Shown: in pieces, positions 51,881 through 64,000 of the stretch
How positions within the stretch are numbered: position 1 is the stretch's first letter
How the letters are laid out: the number at the start of each line of letters is the position of its first letter
NCBI GenBank assembly: GCA_038496445.1
Contig: JALMLS010000353.1
Coordinates: 62,001 to 126,000, forward strand
Direction: 5' to 3'
DNA length: 64,000 bases
Source: Trichosphaerium sp. ATCC 40318
Taxonomy: Eukaryota > Protista > Tubulinea
Program-made: the position numbers and the translations under genes
The notes under the pieces: model-generated
Told to the model about the DNA's origin: nothing
What the model saw: the letters and a program-made list of their open reading frames with translations, nothing else
Database searches by the model: none

Positions 51881-53173
51881 ATGTCCAGCGCCAAGAAACA
51901 ATGTTTAGATGGAGAATCAAATGATGTTGTTATGAACCTACTTGGATTACCAATCGAATTAATCGAGAGAATGTGTATAATGATGCCAGTAGATTCTATA
52001 GGCGTGTTTAGAAGCTCTTGTTCCGCTTTAAATCATATTTGTTCCTCTAATTCGGTTTGGCACCAAATTACGTTAAAAACCATCAAAGACGCTGCAAAAC
52101 CTCCTGAAATGACCTGGCAGGAGTTTTTCCGTCTTCAATACCTTTGTATCCTTCCAAGATCTTGTGGCAAAGCGACAATACACTTGGCTGATGTCAAAGG
52201 AGAGTCAGATTCCAAAGAGATCATTGCCATAATAAAAGAGAAGTATCCTGGCCTTTTTCAAGGTAAAACAACTTTTTTCCATTTGAACATTATGAAACTC
52301 GTTCATGCGTGTTGATATAAAAAGTTGCAGTGGTTTGCTACATTTCGCGAAATGGCAGCGAGTTCTATTTCTTCGAAATCCGTTCTTTTGCAAACCCAGT
52401 AGTTCAAATTTGACAACCTTTTTTGTCACGTGACTTGACTTTTTTCTTTGTCACAAAGTTGTATTTCGGTTCTTTACAAAGTGTTAACTTTTCATTACCT
52501 AGAGCTCCGTCGTGGAGATGTTTTAGAAGATATCTCTAGCTCTGGGTATAGGTAAAAGACTGCTTTAACTAGCTATTTGTAACGTTGCTATCTAAGATCG
52601 GCAGGAGGTCACATGGTAGATGTTTCACTAGACGGAACAAAAGAAATCGTACCGTAAGTATTTATTTTACTTACAAACCTTTATTTTCATAAATACTGCG
52701 CAAGCTTTGTACTTATTATAATAAAAAGATTGGAGTGCAGTTGGGATGACTATGGCTCACCCAGAAAGGAATTTGCAGCAATATCAGATTTTCCTTTTGG
52801 ATACTACGATGACATGACTGAGAACACTAAATATGTCAACAAGGAGGATACACCTGAAGATGATAAGATATCAGCCCAATTTTATTGGCACGCTGAGTAC
52901 GCCTATATGTACCTAGACAAAGAAAAGCTGGGGCTCAAGGACATTAATCAAGAAAGTGCTATCCACGCAGCACCTAGAGTGGTTTACCTAGCATTTACTT
53001 ACAAAGAAGAAAAGTATGCTATTGTATCAGCTGATCGTAAATTTATTGATGAGATAAATACTTCTAATGGTTGCTGGTGTAGTAGTATGGAAGCAGGAAA
53101 GACTTTGGATACTGTAGCCACTCACTCCGGCATACCTAAAAAGAACATAATAGCTTACCCAGGATGTTACTGA
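51881..53173 (+). CDS. F-box protein with uncharacterised C-terminal domain
   Basis: LLGLPIELIERMCIMM…SCSALNHICSSNSVW; later exons LRRGDVL…GYR…DDYG.P.EF. Confidence 0.7.
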
Positions 53174-53438
53174 AATGATTCTTGAGCTTACTTCAAAAAA
53201 CGCACAGAACATTCAATCAAACCAAGCCTGTTTAGAGGTTTCAAACGCCAGCAATCAGTGACTTGCCACTACATTTCGGTACTGAAGTTGGTGCCCAAGA
53301 GATAGATTGAACAAAGCATAAGCTTACCCTCAATAAAAGCAATCGTTTTAGAAAAGAATTAACTGCCAACGTAATTGATAAGGGGTAAAAATTTATTTCG
53401 GATTATAAAGTTGCTATGATGAGTATTTGTTGTTTTAG

Positions 53439-54479
53439 TTACATCTCGACAGAGTCTTCGTTGCAATCCCAACCAATTGGAAAACCTTTAGCAGGAGAAT
53501 TAAGCATCCTAGCTTGTGTTATGCCGTCGAATTTTCCCATAGAAGCTTCAGGAATGTGCTTTGATGGCCTGTTGTTCATATTCCAGAGCCTTAAGTAAGT
53601 TAGCGATTAAGTCGTATTTCGGAGATGGTTCGAAAAAATGAGACAGAAACTTACGTTTGGAATGCAAGAACATCAACGTTACCGATATCTTCACCACTAC
53701 GGAAACGATAATGATGTTTTTCTGAAGGTGTATCAATTCTTCCAGTGTTTCTATTGACAGAGACTGCGTTGAAGCTGAATGTGAACATTCTACGTCTGAA
53801 GTCCTTATCCGATTGTACAATATCGATATCAAGTCCGTCTCCGCGAGAAATTGGACCTGAAACGCAAATGATGAGAAAAAGACCCAGGAGTACTAGAAGT
53901 CGTTGCACGACTTTGAGTAAACGCGTACTTGGTGGGTAGTTCTCCATTAGACAGTTCTTTACTGTTCTTTCTTCTGTAGCCCACTTGTAGATTAGGTATT
54001 GCTCTGGTAGTGTTCTTATTGCGCTCATGATATCAATATCTAATGGCTCAACGCGAGGGTCACTAACACTGTTGACGACAATGTTTATCAATTGATTGGT
54101 AGCTTTTGTTTGTAGGTATCTAAGGAACAAAGGCGTGAGCACTTCTAGACGTTTTTTCGTAGTTGCAAAGAATTCTTCGCTTTCTTCAAGAAAACGTACG
54201 GGTTGACCTTCTTTGGGTCGTAGTGAAGACGTTTAACTCCCTCGAACGATCTTAGGGTACCAGGGCGAAGGCAATTCATTTGGGTTATGATTTGTTTTGA
54301 AAGCCCTTTAACTTCATGAGGTGAACAAGCAGGCCTTTTAAGCACTAATTAGAGCGTTAATTTACGGTTAAAGTGAAATAAGCAAGCTCACCATCTGCAA
54401 CTGTTCCTTGAGCTTGTGAGAGGGCTATACAGAGAGTAAATACAACCAATAAGGCTGCCAGTGTTTGTGTTGTGCGCAT
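53439..54479 (-). CDS. Secreted peptidase-M15-like + peptidoglycan-binding-like protein
   Basis: Signal peptide; CS…VKGLSKQIITQMNCL, SAIRTLPEQYLIYKW, GLDID, VLAFQ, G.FDGITQARMLNSPAKGF. Confidence 0.6.
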
Positions 54480-55207
54480 TGTGTTGCTTTTGTGGTTGTT
54501 TTCTGTATATTCCTGTTTAGGCGACTGCTTTCTTATTTAAGCAGATGGAAGACATAAGTGTCATAGAAATGACCCGCTTAGCCATCATAGAGGCAATAAT
54601 GCGTATAATTGTTCTAAGGCAGCAAGCAAATGTAAAAGTAAACAGTCATTGGGTTTTTGAGAATAACAAGATGAAAAATAAATGATACAACATGCAACGT
54701 AGTTTTTTTGCTACCAACGCTCGTGTGTAATGCTTGGTACCAGTCAGCTTTATTAATTTTATACTATCTAACAACAAATAGTCAACTTGAGCATGAGAAC
54801 GGCAGGAAAAAAAGCGTTTACTGACTTGTTTACTCTCACAAACGGTCCTGGCTTCAGCCAATTAGCTGACGGCTAAGAAGCTCAGCAACACAATCTGCAA
54901 TCGGTTAACCTTTAAAAATGAGAGGTTTTGTTGGTGTTATAACATGGCACCATGCTCTCAACTATTTAATTTGTTTATGTATCGATACATAGGCCCAAAA
55001 CTATAAAATCGAACTCGATAGTAGGACAAACGAAGTTTTTGTAAGGAATGTATTTGAAATGAGATAAGAGTGTAGGTGAAAAATGATTACTATACTAATG
55101 CAGCGCACAAAAGTGTCACATGCACATTGTTGGGTGGATAGTGAAGTAAAAAACCTACATCCGCTCAGAGAAGTAATTAATAAATAAGCACATCAATTTA
55201 ATTCGTT

Positions 55208-55822
55208 TTATATCTGTACAACCCCACGATCAACTAGTTCGCCAACTTCATTCCAATTCTTGTACTCGCCCTTTAGTTTATCATCAACATAACAACACTT
55301 TCTACGCAACTGTCCATTACAAAACCACATCTTTAGCTCTCCTTCTAATTTACCTTTTACATAGTTATGCTCTTCCCATATTTTACCATTACTATGCCAT
55401 TGCTTAAACACTCCTTCAAGCTTACCATCAACAAAGTTAAAATGTCGATGTAATTGACCATCTTCATACCAATACTTAACATCTCCTTCAAGTCTACCAT
55501 CGACATAAAATTGCTTCCTTTGTAGCTGCCCATTATTATGCCAATTTCTAAAATCACCATGACGCTTACCATGTCTCCAGTACTCTCTACAAACAATCTG
55601 TGATACTGAAACACCATCGAGAGAATCTCGTTGACTTGTGGTTCTCCTTTTTTGCCATTTACCATGCTTGTTAAACTCTCTATCAAATCTTGTTATAGTT
55701 GCCGTTTGTTTACATAACAGAGGCATCGCGAAATACGCGTCAAAGTCTAAATCGGCGATGACAAGTTGTAGCTCTTTCGGAAGCGTAAAGAAGTGGCAAC
55801 AACATGATTGTTTGGTGCTCAT
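55208..55822 (-). CDS. F-box-like + MORN-variant repeat protein, intronless
   Basis: First ATG at 55822; FTLPKELQLVI; four to five G..EG..K.W..NGQL repeats. Confidence 0.8.
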   Translation of the reverse strand: MSTKQSCCCHFFTLPKELQLVIADLDFDAYFAMPLLCKQTATITRFDREFNKHGKWQKRRTTSQRDSLDGVSVSQIVCREYWRHGKRHGDFRNWHNNGQLQRKQFYVDGRLEGDVKYWYEDGQLHRHFNFVDGKLEGVFKQWHSNGKIWEEHNYVKGKLEGELKMWFCNGQLRRKCCYVDDKLKGEYKNWNEVGELVDRGVVQI

Positions 55823-56501
55823 GCTTCTATTTTCCGTACGTTGTAGCGTTGTAGCGTATTTAGAACGCTTGGGAGCAGTAATACTGTTTGATTTGTTGTC
55901 AATCGTGTAAAGTCGCCCAGTTGTACTCAAGATACACCAACAATATCACCACGCGAGAAAAAGAGTCACGGGTTTGTAGAGTACTAGATTGTGGTACATA
56001 CCATTAATACCATCAGATTTATATCGTATCCACGAGAAATCTAACGGAAATCTCATACAATTTCATATTTTTTACTGAGATAGTTTCAGGACTTGCTAAT
56101 GAATGTGTTAACACTGAACTTTCGAAGCTTAATGCTGCCACAAAAAGGGGGGAAATAGTATACAGTTGTTGCGTACCTCTCACGTGAGAAGAAACCAAAG
56201 CAAAGTTAAATACGTCATAACTATCAAAACAACAGACTTAGTGAGATTACACGATTTCTGTAATGATATATAACAAAAAGAAAGGTCAAGAACTCTGCAT
56301 TGTTTTATACGTTTACTGAACTCATAGTGTTAAGTTCAACGTGATATTTGAATTTCTACTTTCGCAGTATTTTTGTGATACTAGCATTTGATCAAACATG
56401 TAGGTAATGCAACGAGCTAAAATACCTGACTACTTCAATAGAATCTTGTTGACCAACGTGTTTATGCCTGTTATTCAAATACAGTTATTTTGGTACATAC
56501 A

Positions 56502-59080
56502 TTAACCGTCCATATTATCTATTGGTATATGGTTCTTATCAAGAACAGCTTCTGATACAAAGTGACGGTCCCTTCTGCGAAAAGGGAATATAAATGAAGG
56601 ATATTTAAACGCTACAAAAATGAGGACAAGAACAACAAGGAGTACTACAACACCAACTGTAGATGCTGCTATAATTGTAATATTTCTATTATCTTTAGCA
56701 TCACTTGTGCAATCATTGTCAAAAGAAAGAGTGAATACCAGGTTTGTTTCTAACAAAATCTTGAGTATTGATCCATTTTGGAGTTTGTTTTGTAAAAGTG
56801 ATGTACGTTCAATGGCTGCTTTCCCTGTAACACAATCATCATCAGTCTCCACATTTACAGACCCTAAATCAGGCATGCACCCAGGAGGTATTTGGAAAGG
56901 TTTCAAAGTGACAGTATCTCCGCCATTCGCGTTCAAAGAACTTGTGTTGACAAAAACAGTGCCTAAAAATGTGTTAGATAAAGATACCAAATCATACAAT
57001 AGTACCATTAATCTCGATACAACCTGAGGTTATTACTATCGATGTATCACTACCTATACGTATACTGTCTCCAACCAATGTTAGGTTACCTAATTATAAA
57101 GAATAAGCAACCTTTGGGATGGGGCTGGGTGCTGATTAATTACCAATAATTGTTATTGAAATCGAAACCAAATTAGTTGTATTTAAACTGTCTCCTTCGA
57201 CAACCCAATTCCCATTAACACAAACTGCTGTTGATAACGGTTTTTCTCCGATACAATCAGTGAAATCGTTTGGGGCTTGTACAGGGGTAGCGTGTGTGGG
57301 TGAGTAAGGGTACTCAAACATGCCTTCGAGATTTATTAACAAGTACTAGTTCTGGTGAAGTAGGTTGTATACATACCTATCGTTGGTGTTTGCGATCGTA
57401 TTGCTCCTTCAAAATCATCCGTTACTTCATCTATATGTACGCCAAGTCCAAAGAGAGATGAGGTATTCATCAGTTGTACATTTCGAGCAAAGTTTTTTTC
57501 TGGAACACCAACGAATTTTGAATCAACGTTTGTATTGCCATTTATTGGAGTGTTAATCAAATACACAGTCGGGTCAAAGTTGTTATTCGTAAGTCCTATA
57601 TATATTGTTACACAGAGAAAATGGGAATTAAGTGAGATAAGTACTTGACGAATCTGGAAGGCCGACCGTGGTTTGCATTAGCATATTGCTGCTAACATGA
57701 GTTATACAATGATAAAATTAGTTGTTGGCGCACCCTGTGAATATGTTGTTCTTAAAAACACAACAATTCCAATCATAGTATTCGCTTAAGTTGTGAAAGA
57801 CATTGTAAAACATCTTTACATTATTCGTAGATGAACCAATAACAGTAGAAGCATCTAAAATTAAGTTGTTTGAAAAAATAACACCATCAACTGCCACGTT
57901 CTCCTTTAGCAAAGCGTTGCCATTTAGGGATATGACGTTTCTTTAAGCAGATATTTAGTATACTTCATCATATATATAGGGGCACCTGTTTATTGATAAG
58001 CGTTCTGTACTTGTGAGCAACTCAAGAAATACATTTCCTTCAAAAAACGAATCTTCAATTGTCTTCACAGTGCGTAAGCTCAGTTAAAGTTTTAACGTTG
58101 TTATCTACGTACAATATCCTCTGTTTTATTCCATATACGGAACGCTGCCGAGTAATTGCCAGACACACGCACGTGAGACAACGAAATATTCGAACATCTG
58201 AAAATCTCAACACCTCAAAAAACTATTTTAGAAAAAAATTGCCAAAACATGGTTGATTATACCTCTTGAGTTTGCTACACCAGCGTAGCCTTCTCCAGGA
58301 TATAAACCTTACCAAAAATAAGATTAGGAAACAATGATGATACGTGCTATCTAAGCTACTAGCAGTAATTGTAATATTCTCAATAGTAATATTGTAGCTG
58401 TCAGTTGCAAGCGCGATTCCATGACGCCCGCATTCACGGAAGACCATGTTTGATAAATGAATGTCGTGACAATTATCGCATCCAAATCCTCTAGCTTTAA
58501 CAAGAAACTTTAGTATGATGCCAAGACAGACATGCACGTACAAAAAGAGTGGCCAACAGTAAGTCCAGATATACGGATGTGATGACTGCTCACAAATCCA
58601 AGTGCGGCGAAGAGCCACAAATCTTCATCGCTGGTGGGATCCCATGATGATAAAGGCGGTACGTTATTATTAGGAAATCGTAACTGAAAGACTGCTTCAT
58701 CGCCTAAAGAAGTAAGACTAAAAGCGTGGTACAAAATAACAAATTAAGTGTACCATCTGCGTTTTGTATTATTATTGGATTCTCTTTAGTACCGCGTAGC
58801 TCTATAAGACGATCTCGCGCAGAAGAGAAATCAGATATAATGTATTCATAAGTACCACCGCCTACAATAATGGTATCGCCCGGTAATACTTCTGGCAAGT
58901 TCTGAAAACCGCTTGCTCTATTTCTAAATAAAGTATTAAAATCCGCATCTTGACGTTTAATACTCACGTGATCGTACCGTTTCCGCTACCGTTCGGCGCT
59001 AGGTAGTATGTTTTGCTGTAAATGTTGGTAAAAACGGTACTAGACACAAGCAAAACTATATACACTGAAAATCTCGTCAT
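56502..59080 (-). CDS. Type I membrane protein with right-handed beta-helix (pectin-lyase-like) ectodomain (paralog E)
   Basis: Signal peptide, TYYLAPNGSG, PGDTIIVGGGTY, GTKENPIII, NNL/YNVF/KNNIF, VDSKFV…DFEGAIRS, TM, FIFPF. Confidence 0.75.
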
Positions 59081-59249
59081 TCTACGCGTAGCAATAGCTC
59101 TTACAGAAAGCCAATTAAAACGTCAACAACATTCTTGGGAACATTCCTCAAAAAGATCCCACATAGACCAAATGTTGTAAGCGAACTTGCCTATCAATTG
59201 AATATCATCTCTAAAGTAGAATACGTCCTTCTGTACAGAAGCAAAAAGC

Positions 59250-60002
59250 TAGAGATGGCAGAAATACCGGTCCGAACCGGTTCCGGACCGAAACGCAAAG
59301 ACCGGTCCGTAAACGGTCCAAACGGTCCGCTGTCAAAGGGAGTACCCTTGGAAAATCAGAAAAATAGCCGAAAAAGGAATTTTTGTCAAAGGGTACTCCC
59401 TTGGATTTTTATCGGTCCAAACGGTCCTTGTCACAAAATCTCAGAACCCTCCATCTATTGACCTACTCACTGTGTGCATGCACATAAGGTGGCTGTACAC
59501 TTTTTGTGGCAGGTTTGAATATCACCACTTTTTTTTTTTCATACCTAAAATAGTTTAGATACTATTATTTCGCGTAAGCAATGCACTTGATAAGTTGCTC
59601 TACGCGCACAAAGTGATAAAAAGATGTTTGGGTGAAAGTGTATGAAAGTATGTAACATCACGTGATTTTGTCCAAATGTCAAAATAACGTCACCACAGGC
59701 ACATTTTGACTCAAAAAAAGTAGCGGTTAGGCCAGCGTGACCTTGTTTTACCGCGCTAAACTTAATTTTGTTAAAACGGGCTGATTGAGGGCCTTCAACC
59801 ACTCTATGTGTAGAACTCTCAATTTTAAGGCGTTTCAGGCTACTTTTATTCAAAATAAAGTGAGTGGTGGTTCAAAAAGAAGCCACTTACATTGTTATTC
59901 ACTGAATGAATACTGCTCTTGTTCTAAATCACGGACCGGTTACGGACCGAAAACCGATATATTGAAACCGGACCGGTATCGGACCGGTATTTGCCACCTC
60001 TA
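59250..60002. mobile_element. Non-autonomous hAT-type DNA transposon (MITE-like), 753 bp
   Basis: TIRs TAGAGATGGCAGAAATACCGGTCCGA / TCGGACCGGTATTTGCCACCTCTA; 8-bp TSD CAAAAAGC (59242-59249 and 60003-60010); subterminal CGGTCC/GGACCG repeats. Confidence 0.88.
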
Positions 60003-60111
60003 CAAAAAGCCGAAAGAGATGGACTTGTAGGCAACAACTCAAGCAAGCACGTGTAGAAGCATAAAGTACTGTCTCTTGCAAACAAGCTTTATAATAAAAA
60101 TGTGTTTATTG

Positions 60112-62728
60112 TTAATCAGACTCCTGATTCTCATGAACAGCTCCAGATACAGTGTAGCGACTCTGTCGGCGAAAAGGAAACAGGAACTTAGGAAATGTAA
60201 GCGCCACAATAACGAGAGCGACAACAGCCAGGAGTACGACAACACCAACTGTTGATAGCGCTATAACTGTAATATTATTGCTCATTCCTTTCTCATCACT
60301 TGTGCAATCATTATCAAAAGAAAGAGTGAACACCAGGTTCGTTTCTAAACAAGATCTTGAGTATTGATCCATTGTGGAGTTTGTTTTGAAAAAATGATGT
60401 ACGTTCAATGGCTGCTTTCCCTGTAACACAATCATCATCAGTCTCCACATTTACAGACCCTAAATCAGGCGTGCACCCAGGAGGTAGTTGAAACGTATTC
60501 AAGGTGACTGTGTCTCCACTGTTCGCACTAAGGGAACTTGTGTTGACAAAAACAGTGCCTACAAATGTGTTAGATAAAGATACCAAATCAGACAATAGTA
60601 CCATTAATCTCAATACAACCTGAGGTTATTACTATCGATGTATCACTACCTATACGTATACTGTCTCCAACCAATGTTAGGTTACCTAATTATAAAGAAT
60701 AAGGAACCGTTGGGATGGGGTGATTGGTACTGATTGATTACCAATAATTGTTATTGAAATCGAAACCAAATTAGTTGTATTTAAACTGTCTCCTTCGACA
60801 ACCCAATCCCCATCGATACACACCGCATTCGAAAATGGTTTATCGCCAATACATATTATTTGCATCGTTGGAGGAGGTGGTGTAACGACTGCAGATGAAA
60901 AGAAAGCTGGATACTCAAACATGCCTTCAAAATGTGTAAACAAAAGCACAAAACAACAGCGATGAAATACCTATTGTTGGTGTTGAAGATCGGGGTACTC
61001 CGTCGAAATCATACCCAACTTCTACTACTACTAATCCTCCACCCAGAAGATATGACGTATTAAGCAATCGGACATTTTGAGGCAAGTTTTTTTCTGGAAC
61101 ACCAAAGAATTTTGGATCAACGTTTGTATTGCCATTTGCGGTGTTAATCAAATACACAGTGGGGTCAAAGTTGTTATTAAGAACAGTAGGAGCTATATAA
61201 AGATTAAACAAAGATATGAGTTAAGTACTGATAGTACCACCTGGGGAGAATGGAATCTCTAGTTCCGAGAACCCACGATCCCTAAGGTCACATTAGTGCA
61301 TGTTTAACGGAATTATTTGCAGCGAACCCTGAGAATATATTGTTCTTATAATAACAGCAATCCCAATCAGGGTCATCGTTTAAGTTGTGGAATACATTAT
61401 AAAACATCTTGATTTCATTCAAAGTCAAATCATTCTTCACAATTGTAGACGCGCCCAAAATGAGATTGTTTGAAAAAACAATATCATTGTGTTGATTATT
61501 ATCATACGTCCATACTAGAGGAGCTTCATTATTCAGAGATATCACATTACTTGAGTAACCACTTTAGTATATATGTTTATGAATAGATTATAAAGCTGTA
61601 CCTCTTTATTGCTACGCGTATTGCGTCGGTGAGCAACTCAAGAAATACTCCATTCCCATCGAAAAACGAATCTTCAATAGTCTTGGCACGTGAGTGAGCT
61701 CGTTTAAAGTTGTAATTTTTAACTTACCACTTCGTGTATTGTTGAGGAAAGGTGTATAGCTCCAGAATAATTCCCAGAAATACTCACATGCGATAATGAA
61801 ACACCCCGTGTACTCTTGTATAATTGAACACCTCATGAAAAACCTTAGATAAGGATTTCACCCACCTAGGTACTGTACCTTTTGAGGCAACCTCATTCTC
61901 ATAACCGCTCTCAGGATACAGCCCTTTGATCAAAGGAATTAGTATAAAGATATAGTGCGTTCAATGTTACGTACTAGCTAAGCTATCGGCTATAATAGTA
62001 CTATTCTCAATCGTAATATTGTATGTGTCGGAAGCAAGCATGATTGCATGACGTCCACATTCGCGGAAGACCATGTTTGACAAGTGAATGTTGTGACAAA
62101 AATCGCATCCAAATCCTCTAGCTTACAAAGAACATAAGTATAAGAACAAGACACGTGTACATACAAAAAGAGTGGCCTACAGTAAGTCCAGTTATACGGA
62201 CATAAAAACTGTCCCGAAACCCAAGTGCGGCGAAGAGCCACAAATTGTCCTGGCCCTCAGGCCATGATGATAAGGACGGTATGTTGTCCGAAGGAAACCG
62301 TAGCTCAAATACTGGTTGAGTACCTACCAAAGTAAGATATAAAAAAAATTGATTTATGACACAAATACAATGCCTTACCATTGGCGTTTCGTATTGTTAT
62401 TGGGTTATCTATAGTACCCTGCATCCGAATAAGACTATTGGTAGCTGGTAGTGCAAATGTCAGATAATAAGTTCCTCCACCAACTATAATAGTATCCCCG
62501 GGTTTAACATCTACTAAACTCTGTAAAGTGCCAGCAGGGTTACTGAAAAAAAATGCTTAGTTTAGAATTTCCTTGTACTGTTACGAGTAAAACATCGCTA
62601 AAAACCCATAGTACTCACGTGATCGAACCGTTTCCCATACCGCGTGGAGTGAGGAAGAAAGTATGCGCAGTAACTTTCGTACATAGTACAATAATAACAA
62701 GTGTAATTATACAGATCAAGTGGGCCAT
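60112..62728 (-). CDS. Type I membrane protein with beta-helix ectodomain (paralog F)
   Basis: MAHLICIITLV…TFFLTPRGMG, PGDTIIVGGGTY; same exons as E; TM and FLFPF tail. Confidence 0.75.
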
Positions 62729-63364
62729 TTATGCACTTTCTGCTTGTCTCAGTTTGTATGTTAAGTGTCAACATCAGTCTTGGGAACAAAATGTATTTTT
62801 TCTCTCGCTTGTTGTGTAAGTAAAACAAAGGGAAGGTATTGAAAAGGTCGAGTATTTTTTTTTTTGCTTGGGTAAGAAAAGGGGACTTCAACTTTTTAAG
62901 GAAAGAGAGTTTCGTGGATAATGTGCACCGGTAGCATGTACGTCGGTAACGTCAAACGTATTTAACAAGCGTACAACAATAGTTACAAGCTGTTTATAAA
63001 GAGCTTACCATGAGGTGTTTTAATATTCGTAGCCTACCCTGTTTAATATCTTTAGGTAAAAATGAACAAATTTGCTGTAAGCGCTTGTTGTTTTGAAACA
63101 AATGCAGTGCTAGCGCAAAAAAATCACGTGCGCATCACGTGATAAAACGTTAGTAATAAATTGTTTAGTTCAAACGTGAAAACAGAAACGTCAATTCACT
63201 CAACAAAATACTTGCTAACGCCACAAAAAACAATTCATACGAAATATTGAAATTTATCAAAAAAAAATTTTACACTTTTTTATTTTCAAGAGTTGGAGAG
63301 TTGGGTTGGTATCACATACACCTTTTTTTCCATTTTTTGTAAACAACAACTAACAGCTTCCTTC

Positions 63365-64000
63365 TTAGCTAGCTTTTCCCAACTCTTGTTTTTTAGCTAA
63401 CGATTTCAATCCATGGTAAATGAATGAATCAAGAATACCAGCAACAGTAAATACACCACCTACAATAGCACAGACGCCTGTCAAGAAGTGCGCAAATGAC
63501 TTTCGAGATTCCGTAAATGTCACCATAATAGGCGAAAGGTCATACATGAAGAATACACCTATTGCGAAGATTAAAAAAAAACGATTAAAAAAAAAACTGG
63601 CAGAATTTTTTGTTCGTTCATTTCTGTTTACCTGGAAGACCTTGATTTGAGTTTTTCTCTAGTTTACGGACATGTTCAGTAACAGAGAATTGATTAGTAT
63701 AGATTGTTTCACCTACCAATAAAGTGAGTTTAAATAGCAGACATGTTTTCACGCGTAAAAAGCCTGTAAGTAATGTTTTTGAAAAAAACAAAAAAAAAAT
63801 TAACATAACTAGCCATTGCGTACTGTTCAAGTGTTCATATGTTGTTGGTACTACCTTGATGAAGTATTGGTACATAGGAGCCATCTTAGGTTCTAAAAAT
63901 CGGTCAGAACAAGAGATAAAGCCAACAAACTCAAAAAAGAAAAAAATTCATTAAAACCAAAACAAAAAAAACCGTTCATCACTCTTACCATCCCATATTT
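63365..64000 (-). CDS. ERGIC3: ERGIC3/Erv46, 3' exons (starts beyond the window)
   Basis: MYQYFIKVVPT, TNQFSVTEH, GLPGVFFMYDLSPI, FLTGVCAIVGGVFTVAG, ELGK. Confidence 0.92.

Noticed and set aside
60314-60450. Frameshift making paralog F a pseudogene
   Set aside because: The 1-nt difference from E lies inside a predicted GTACAT…TTAG intron.

Overview
AT-rich, intron-dense eukaryotic nuclear DNA: standard code, short GT-AG introns often with GTACGT/GTGCGT donors. The gene content suggests a free-living phagotrophic protist, possibly amoebozoan (inference). Housekeeping genes: ERCC6L/PICH-like SNF2 ATPase, TRAPPC5, GPR1/FUN34/YaaH transporter, GPCR-PIP5K fusion, SNM1/PSO2 nuclease, ERGIC3. Accessory content: a small-RNA cluster with a triplicated box C/D RNA, a 5'-truncated LINE with a 15-bp TSD, a non-autonomous hAT element, an atypical tRNA-Arg(CCG), four F-box genes, two tandem surface-protein families, a CBM48 + ADP-ribosyltransferase-like fusion and a bacterial-type M15/peptidoglycan-binding protein. 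The most striking item is a ~7-kb VIT/vWA-TPR-DUF2135 gene. Its central linker strings together short look-alikes of unrelated essential proteins: the ribonucleotide reductase R2 C-terminal tail, ribosomal P-stalk C-terminal motifs (x2-3), an eEF1B-like DLFGSDD, a WH2-like motif and a full R-SNARE helix. It is a candidate multi-bait decoy/sensor and lies next to a G3-degenerate ARF. All family assignments come from motif recall, not database searches. Exon models were read by eye, so internal boundaries are approximate.
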